The translations under genes were made by a program, and so were the position numbers. From assembly GCF_009914755.1 (NCBI RefSeq), contig NC_060933.1: a stretch of DNA of 64,000 nucleotides; one strand, 5' to 3'. Position 1 is the first letter of the stretch. Each line of letters opens with the position of its first letter. Below the pieces are notes generated by a model. The model ran no database searches. It saw only the letters and a program-made list of their open reading frames with translations, and was not told the origin of the DNA. Of the stretch, positions 55,096 to 64,000 are shown piece after piece. The stretch is from the human T2T-CHM13v2.0 reference genome, Homo sapiens.

Positions 55096-55744
55096 TACAG
55101 ATTGTCTCTGCTCAATTACTGACTTGGTTTCCGTGAAATGTTATTAGCTTTAAACAAATCTTATATTTGAAGTTGGTACATGGGAGCCCCTTAAAAGTCT
55201 TAATAATACAAGGTGAATAATGGTCATTAAGAAACAACAATCAACAAAATGTAAATTCTTTAGGTAGGAAAGTGTACTTTTATATATTTTTAGAATCTTG
55301 ATTTAAATAAATGTTTACTTTATATTCCTTCTTAGCTCAATCTAAAAAATGATAGATTTGTTAGTGGGAAATGTTTGATCATAAAAGAGACTTAAACATC
55401 CATGGATCAACTTTATCCAGAAAAGCAGAATGCTTTTCCCGGAATCTTGTAGTGTTGTAAAGACATCTTCCCTGGCAGTGGGGCAGGTACGAAAGCAAGA
55501 GACACATCCAGAGGGTCTCAGCTGCTCATTTCAAGATGCATACTACCTGCAAGAATGAAGTCAGTGGAGATAAATGGGGCACTTCTTGGAATGGCGGGGA
55601 TAGCATAAATTATTTTTAAGATTTCATATCCAAGAGGCCAATAAGCCCACAGCTTAAGTATACAAATAAGTTTCACTTATATTTTTCTAGAACAATTTCA
55701 TCTGGGGAACATATGATGGCCAAAAATTCCAAAGAGCCAAATAA

Positions 55745-56121
<377 letters not shown>

Positions 56122-56945
56122 TGACCGATGCAGCATGCTAACCTCTGCAGGGAAATAGTTACACAAAGATAAAGTCAACTGGAGCACACGAATCTGCATG
56201 TATGGAAAATAAAGTATTTGATGCCAGTTATGAGGGCTTGATGCACTACTGTGTGCAGCTCAGACTATTTAATTCACTGTCAGCCCGTGGGCTACCTATG
56301 TATTCTTGGTTAGGTGAATTTCTAGCGTTAGCCACCTAAAAGTTTACAAAACTGGCAAGGTACAAAAAATGATTCTTTCAAACAATCATGAATTATTTTG
56401 TTTCTCATGCTTTTGGTGTCATTTGAGAATCCATTACTGAATCCAAGGTCATGAAGATTTACTCCTATGTTTCTCTTAACAGTTTTATGGTTTCAGTTCT
56501 TATGTTTAGGTCATTGATCTATTTGAGTTAATTCTTATATATGGTGTGAGGTAGGTGTCCAACTTCATTATTTTACATGTAGATATCCATTTATCCCACC
56601 ACCATTTGTTGAAGAGATAATTCTTCCCCCATTGAATGGTCTAAGTCCCCTTGTCAAAAATCAGTCAACTATAAAGGTGAGTTTATTTCTGGACTTTCAA
56701 TTCTATCCCATTGCTCTATATGTCTGTGCATATGCCAGCACCACCCAATTTTGTTTACTGTAACTTTGTAGTAGATTTTGAAATTGAGAAGTATGAGTCT
56801 TCAACTTTGTACTTCTTTTTCAAGATCTTTTATCTATATGAGGCCCCTTGTAATTCCATACAAATAGATAAATTAGGCTTCATCAAAATTTTAAAAATTT
56901 GTACAAGAAAGGGCATTACCAAGAAAATTAAAAGAGATCCTTCTT

Positions 56946-57251
<306 letters not shown>

Positions 57252-57368
57252 CTATGGAATGGGAGGAAACATATATCTGAAAAGGATGTAGTATACAGAA
57301 TATATAAAGAAACTCTTACAACTGAACAACAAAAATACAAACAAGCCAACTAAAAAACCAACAAAGAA

Positions 57369-57502
57369 GTTGGGTGCAGTGGCACATGCCTATAGTCCAA
57401 ACTACCAGAGAGACTGAGGCAGGAAGATGGTTTGGGCCAGGAGTTCGTGTCCAGCCTGGGCACCATAGCAAGACCCCATTTCTTAAAAAAAAAAAAAAAA
57501 AA
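57369..57502 (+). mobile_element. Alu monomer (FLAM-like)
   Basis: Single arm with poly(A). Confidence 0.8.
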
Positions 57503-57951
57503 GACAAGAAACTTGAATAGATATTTCTCTATAGAATACATACAAATGGCCAACAAGCACATAAAAAGATGTCAACATCATTAGTCATTAGGGAAATGTA
57601 AATCAGTGAAGTACTACAATGAAGTACCGCTTCACACCCACTAGAATGGCTGTTTTTAAAAAACAGAAAATAAAAAGTGTTAGCAAAGATAGAGAGAAAC
57701 TGAAACCCTTGTGCATTGCTGGTGGTAATCTAAAATGGTACAAAATCTGCGGAAGAAATCAAAGATAGAATTACTGTATGATCCAGCAATTCCACTTTTG
57801 CTGGAAAAGAAACGAAAGCGGGGACTCTAGTAGATATTTGTGTGCCCGTGTTCACACAGCAGTATTACTCACAATAGCCCGAAGGTGGAAGCAACCCAAA
57901 TGTCCATAGAAAAGATGAATGAATAAACAAAATGCAGTATACATAGACAGG

Positions 57952-58369
57952 TGATATAGTTTGGATATTTGTCCCTGCCCACATTTTGTGTTGAATTGTA
58001 AGCCCCAATGCTGGAGGTGGGGCCCGGTGGGAGGTGTTTGGATCATGGGGGCAGATCCCTTATGGCTTGGTGCTGTCTTTGCAAAGGTGAGTAAGTTCTC
58101 GCGAGATCTGGTCATTTAAAATTCTGTGGCATTCCTCCTCCCCACACCCCCAACTTGCAACTCTCTATTTCTTCTGCTTTCACCATGTGAAGTGCATGCT
58201 CCCTTTTTGTCTTCTGCCGTGATTGTACGCCTCCTGAGGCCTCCCCAGAAGCAGACACCGCTATGGTTCCTGTACAGCCTGCAGAACCATGAGCCAACTA
58301 AGCCTCTTTTCTTATAAATTATGAAGTCTCCGGGATTTCTTTATAGCAATGCAAGAATGCACTATGGCA
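57952..58369 (+). mobile_element. MaLR LTR (MSTA/MSTB-type)
   Basis: tgatatagtttggatatttgtccc...cctccccagaagcaga...cagcctgcagaaccatgagcca...ttctttatagcaatgcaagaa. Confidence 0.9.
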
Positions 58370-58902
58370 ACAGAAATATTATTCAGCCTTAAATGGGAAG
58401 AAAACTCTAACACATGCTACAACACGGATGAACCTTGAGGACATTATGCTAAGTGAAATAAGCCAGTCAAAAAAGACAAATACTGTATGAATTCACTTAT
58501 AGCGGGTACATATAGCAGTCAAATTCACAGAGAGAAATAAGAATGGGAGTTGCCAGGGGCTAAGGGAATGGAAGAAGGACAGTTGTTGTTTCATGAGTAT
58601 GGAGTTTGGGTTTTGCGAGATGAAAAGATTCTTAGAGATGGATGGTGGTGATGGTTGCATAACAATGTGAATTTACTTACTGCCACTGAATTAATTACAT
58701 GCTTGAAAATGATTTAAATGGAAAATTGTATGTTATATATATTTTACCATAATAAAAAGATATGACTGTATGTATAAACATTTTTAGCAATAACCGAACC
58801 ATGAATTAAAGATAATGTCCATAACGAACGTAATTGGCAGTGTTAGCTAGGCAGACAGCTCCTCCTTATTCATCCACACTATACAGTAAAAACAGCAAGG
58901 GT

Positions 58903-59092
58903 CAGGGGTTGTGGGGCAAGGGGAGGGAGAGCATTAGGACAAATATCTAATGCATGCCGGGCTTAACACCTGGATGGCAGGTTGATAGGTGCAGCAAACC
59001 ACCATGGCACGTGTATACCTATGTAGCAAACCTGCACATTCTGCATAAGTAGCCCAGAATTTAAAATTTAAAAAAAAGAAAAAGAAAAAAAA
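58903..59092 (+). mobile_element. Short L1PA 3' end with poly(A)
   Basis: ggagggagagcattagga...ggtgcagcaaaccaccatggcacgtgtatacctatgta. TSD-like aaaacagcaagggtc / aaaatagcaaaggtc. Confidence 0.9.
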
Positions 59093-59563
59093 ATAGCAAA
59101 GGTCTCATCTAATCCAACAAGATGAACAAAACAAAACTAATATCTTGAGAAGACCAATTAAAATGCACACCTTCATGCTGGCCTTAAGTTCCTACTGTAT
59201 TACTGACTGTGTGAAGCCATCACTATTAGCCACGGCATCTAACACTCAGCCCCTAGACCTGTGCTGCCCACACAGTGCCACTGGCCCCTTGAAATGCAGC
59301 TGGCTGAACTGAAATGTGCTGCCCTGGATTTTGAAAACTTAGAATAAAAAATTGTTTTTAACCTCATTCATAAATTCTGATATTGATTACAAGTTGAAAT
59401 GATCATCTTTCATAGATTTGTGAGTATATCAGTACTTTACTGCCACCCACAGCTGTGATCATCTTGCCATTTCAGACTGGGGAGACTAGGTGGCCATTGT
59501 CATTGCTGATCCTGTGAGAATGTAAAACTGGATAATATATGAAATGCAAAATAAAACAAAATT

Positions 59564-59594
<31 letters not shown>

Positions 59595-59597
59595 GTA

Positions 59598-59889
59598 TTT
59601 TTTTTGAGACAAGGTCTCACTCTGTTGCCTAGGCTGGAGTGCAGTGCCTCACGCATGGCTCACTATAGCCTCAATCTCCCGGGCTCAGGTGATCCTCCCA
59701 CCTTAGCATCCACAGTAGCTGGGACTACAGGCTCATGCCACCACACCTGGCTAACTTTTTGTATTTTTTGTAGAGACAAGGTTTCATCATGTTGTCCAGT
59801 CTGGTCTCGAAATGCTGGGCTCAAGCAATCCACTTCCCTCGGCCTCCCAAAGTGGTGGGATTACAAGTGTGAACCACCTTGCCCAGCCT
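59598..59889 (-). mobile_element. AluJ-like, preceded by (CA)n
   Basis: gagacaaggtctcactctgttgcctaggctggag...ctcaagcaatcc. Confidence 0.9.
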
Positions 59890-59904
59890 AAAAATATATT
59901 ACTT

Positions 59905-60195
59905 TTTTTTTTTTGAGACGGAGTCTCGTTCTGTCGCCCAGGCTGGAGTGCAGTGGCGCAATCTCGGCTCACCGCAAGCTCCGCCTCCCGGGTTCACGCC
60001 ATTCTCCTGCTTCAGCCTCCTGAGTAGCTGGGACTACGGGCGCCCGCCACCACGCCCGGCTAATTTTTTGTATTTTTAGTAGAGACGGGGTTTCACCGTG
60101 TAAGCCAGGATGGTCTGGATCTCCTGACCTCGTGATCTGCCCGCCTCGGCCTTCCAAAGTGTTAGGATTACAGGCGTGAGCCACCACGCCTGGCC
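59905..60195 (-). mobile_element. AluY, CpG-rich
   Basis: gcaagctccgcctcccgggttcacgccattctcc. Perfect 15-bp TSD aaaaatatattactt at 59890-59904 and 60196-60210. Confidence 0.95.
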
Positions 60196-60609
60196 AAAAA
60201 TATATTACTTAAAATTAATTTCATCTTTTTACTTTTTAAAATGTGGTTACTACAAATACAAAATTACATATGTGGTTCACACGGTCGGTACTGCTGGAGA
60301 ACATAAAAACAAATCTCTATACTCTTTCCAGCACAGTTTAATAACACATAATGCTTAGTCCAATGTGTTACAAAATTTAAATAAGCTTGATTTTTAAAAA
60401 ATGCTTAGAATCCTCTTTTGAGGTTTTCTATTAATAGTGAAAGGCAAAAATCCACGAGCCACTGGAAAAACATTTTCCCGCTGTGGTAAAATATATACAA
60501 TAATCCACCGGAATGTATGGTACAAACTAAAATTCACTTCTTTCTCAAAATCTTATGGGAAGACATATAGAAAAAAAAAAAACTGCTGACGGTGTGAAAA
60601 AAACCAATA

Positions 60610-60944
60610 CAGTTGTTCCTTTGTATCTGCGAGGGATCGTTTCCAGGACACCTGTGAATACCAAACTTTGTGACACTCAAGTCTCTTATATGTAATGGAG
60701 TAGTACTTGCCTATAACCTATGCACATCCTCTTGGATACTTTAAATCATTTCTAGGTTACTTATCATACCTAATACAACTTAAATGCTATGTAAATAGCT
60801 GTTATGCTGCATCATTTAGGAAATAATGACATGAGAAAGAAAGTCTACATGTTCAGTACGGGCACAACCATCTTTTATTCCCATTTTTTTTTCAACTGAT
60901 TGAATCTGCAGATGCGGATGCCACAGATACAGAGGGGCCAACCC
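60610..60944. mobile_element. MER2-type (Tigger family) DNA-transposon relic
   Basis: ta-cagttgttcctttgtatctgc...gaatctgcagatgcggatgccacagatacagagggg, with TIR-like ends. Confidence 0.8.
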
Positions 60945-62149
60945 TATTAGAAGTTACACACAGAGCTTTGCTAAATAGTTAGGCAAAAGTACAAATGTTC
61001 CCAATAAACCTCAGCTCATTTATGATTTGCTAGAATGATTCTCTTTCAACAATAAGATACTTTGATACATATATTCTTCTTTCAGTGCTTATTTATGCAC
61101 TTACCTCTGTTCTTTTTCTCTCTCTCTCTCCTACTCCCTACTCGAATATCAATATCTTTGTCTCAGTCAATAGCAACAGGAAGGCAGGGACTTTTGGTTC
61201 ATTCTCCAGCACTTCCATGCCTCTAGCCCAATGTCAGGTACATCAGAAACACTCAGCACATATTGACTATTTGCTGTGGAAATACATTTTTGTGTGTGTG
61301 ATCCAACAAAGGAAAGTTGTAGCAGCGAAGAGAATTCAACCATAAAAAAGTAAATAAAGTGTTTTGAAAAACTCTGCTTAAAACCACTCAAAGGTTGGCA
61401 ACGGCAATTGAAATAAAAACTTACACAAAGATATGTGATAACGTGATAGAGGTGAGTTTACTGCATCATTTATCACTGCACTATTACAGAAAAGATCTTG
61501 AAGCCAAAAGTAGGCAGAAGCTACTGGATAGCATGCACTTGGATATGTTATTTTTCATTTATAAAAATCAGACTTTTAAAATACAATAGAGTCTTTCCAA
61601 TACTTTACATGGAGATGTGCAGCAACCATGAAAACATTTTCTATCACACAATGGTTTGCTAGTTACTCTGTAGCAAAACAACAAAAAAAAGAGTTGCAGA
61701 ACTAATATCAAGGTGCGTATTTTTCTTTTATACAAAAAGCGCTGTTTTAAGTTTATTGATGTTTTCTGCTAGGTAGGTCTTCAGTAGCATGCTATATAGC
61801 AGAGCAGGTATTTTCCAAAAATATGCATACTTTCTTCATCCCTGTAATTGAAAGGTGAGAGACACAGTACCTGCTTTGGAAACCTAATCATCCTATAGAG
61901 ACAGCGTTTTGGAAAGGGACATATAAAAATGATTCCACCCTTACATGAGATAGCCCACAGCAATGTAAATGTGTTCTTAAAATTAACTCTCCAATCAGCA
62001 CAATTAAGAACCTGAAAATCAAATTTAAAAACTAATTTTAAAGGCTGTCCAAATGCAGGATTTCCTTGAGTGTGGAACCATTTGACAAAAATACATGAAT
62101 AAAATATATTTTTATTACGTATCAAAAATATGTAGTGAGCATCAAAGAT

Positions 62150-62640
62150 GATGAGAGACCAGGGAAGGACTCCCTGAAAAGTTGATATGTTAGCAAAAAT
62201 TTGAGAGAGGTAATGGCATGAACTCTGTGGAAACCTGTGTGTGGGTGGTGGGGTTCTTCTGGCAGAGAGAGCAGCAGGTACAAACACAGACGCTTGTCCA
62301 ACATGCTCAAGACACATGGATAAATTCTTGAATGGAGAGAGGAAAGCAGATGAGGTCAGCAAAGTAAAGGGGCCGGGACAGGCAGGTCATGTAGAGCTTT
62401 GTAAGCACAGGGAAAAGGTCAACTTTTATTCTAAGAAGAACAGGAGACAGCTGGAGGGTTTTGAGCAGAGAAGTGATACGGTGGGACCTCCATTGTAAAA
62501 GTACCCCTTTGAGGGCCTGCAGGCCAAGGGTCAGGAGCGGAGGCAGGATTCCAGTCAGAAGTCTCCAGCAACAATCTTGATACGTGCCAAGGGTGGCTTG
62601 TACCAGGGTAGAGGCAGCAGGAGAGGCAGATCAGCACCAT
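62150..62640 (-). mobile_element. L2 fragment
   Basis: agctggagggttttgagcagagaagtga and ggtggcttgtaccagggtagaggcag. Confidence 0.6.
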
Positions 62641-62739
62641 CACTGCAACTAGCTCGCCCATGAGAGAGCCCACACCCTATCTTTGCTACTCTTCCTTCGC
62701 TGCTACTCTACTCACTCAGTCAGTGGGGGCATCTGAGAT

Positions 62740-63770
62740 GCCATATCATTCATATACCTGCACCCTCAACTGCAAACCCATGGCCAGGACCTCTCCCTAA
62801 AACTGCCGGCTCATATACCCCTCTCCTGCCTCAACATCTCCCCCTGGGTGCCATGCACACATCCCAAATAGGACATGTGCAAGTCTAAACACCCTGTAAC
62901 ACCCGAAACTGCTCCCCTATAGTTTTCTTTGCCTCAGTCAGTAGCAACATTATCCCTCCAGTCACCCAGGCCAAGAACCTTGAAGTCCTCCTTACCTCCT
63001 CTTGTTCTCTTATACTTCAAGTCCACTCCATCAGCAACATTTGTCAGTGATATCTTCCAAACTCTTCCAGACTCCACCATGAATCACTTTCTCCATTGTT
63101 AGCAGGCTCTCCAGGCATTATCATCACTTACCTGCATGACTGCAGCAGCCTGCTGGGTGATCAGTTTGCCTCAGGCTCTGAGCCACTCCAGTCAATCCTC
63201 CACTCAGGCTGCAGGACACGTCATTCCTATGCTCAAAACCCTCCATCATTGGCCCTGTCTCCCTGACAGTAACAGCTAAGGGGCTCTGCTCCACACCTTA
63301 CCCTCATTCCCACCATTATCCCCCAGCTCACTCAATTCCAGCCACACTATATCCTTGCTCCTGGACTCACCTGGCATGCTTCTGCCTCAGGACCTTTGCC
63401 CTGGTTGCTCCCACTACCCAGACCCTCTTCCCCCAGGTAATCAAAGGCCTCACTCTCTTGCCTCCCACAGGCCTGTGTTAAAATATCACTGGCTCAATGA
63501 GAATTTCCCTGACCACCCTATCTCAATTTTCAACCCTATCTTCAACCCAGTAGTCTGTGGCATCTTCCCACTTTATTTTCTCCAGCTTACATTTGTTTTA
63601 GAACATAGTATGCAATTTCCTTTTTTAAAAAATTTGTGTTTAATTCCACTATATTAAAAGCTCCTTAAGGGCTTTTTGTCTGTTCCATTCATTCCTGTCT
63701 CCCAGTACTTGAACACTGCCTGGCCCATAAGAAGTGTGCAAGAAGCATTTGTTCAGTCCATGCATGAATC
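62740..63770 (+). mobile_element. L2 3' portion
   Basis: caggccaagaaccttgaagtcctcc, tcattcctatgctcaaaaccctcca, cctcaggacctttgc, and a tgcctggccc...atttgttcagt...atgaat terminus. Confidence 0.7.
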
Positions 63771-64000
63771 TGTGTTTTGCTTCTAATGAGCACACTGGGA
63801 AGGGCAGGCTAAGCGACTTGCCTTAGGCCAGAACAACGTAAGCAAAGATCTCTGGCTTCACCTCTACTTTGCTGTAACATGTGTTTCTGTGGGCTGGGCA
63901 GGATCTCAGATGGGGCTTCCAGGCTGCAACCACAGAACACTAGTGCAGAACATGCGGCTATTTCACTGACAGGGCAGTGCTGCTACTTGGTGATATCCAT

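Noticed and set aside
61781-62362. 193-aa minus-strand ORF
   Set aside because: Non-ATG start, partly within an L2 relic, no domain similarity. A chance ORF.

Overview
Repeat-rich mammalian genomic DNA with primate Alus. It is almost certainly the human DIRAS2 locus (chr9q22 from recall, not verified here). The only supportable protein-coding sequence is DIRAS2, a Di-Ras small GTPase on the minus strand. Its 199-aa CDS (44275-44874) lies in one terminal exon (acceptor at 44910/44911), followed by a ~3.4 kb 3'UTR that ends at an AATAAA near 40900. Everything right of 44910 is presumably the upstream intron, and no first exon or promoter is visible. The rest is Alu, L1, L2, LTR (MaLR, ERV1, ERVL) and DNA-transposon relics plus microsatellites. 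The most interesting non-gene structure is a ~3.3 kb polyadenylated, TSD-flanked retrocopy (about 13388-16712) whose parent I cannot identify. Its CpG-rich 5' end has YY1/ETS motifs and antisense splice donors, so it may have been exapted as a promoter. The window also holds several local templated-insertion or snap-back scars (a 64-bp and a 47-bp non-tandem duplication, two hairpin scars) and a twin-primed inverted L1. No prokaryote-type system (CRISPR etc.) is present, and I cannot claim a new biological system from sequence alone. Repeat subfamily names and most repeat boundaries were assigned by eye and are approximate.
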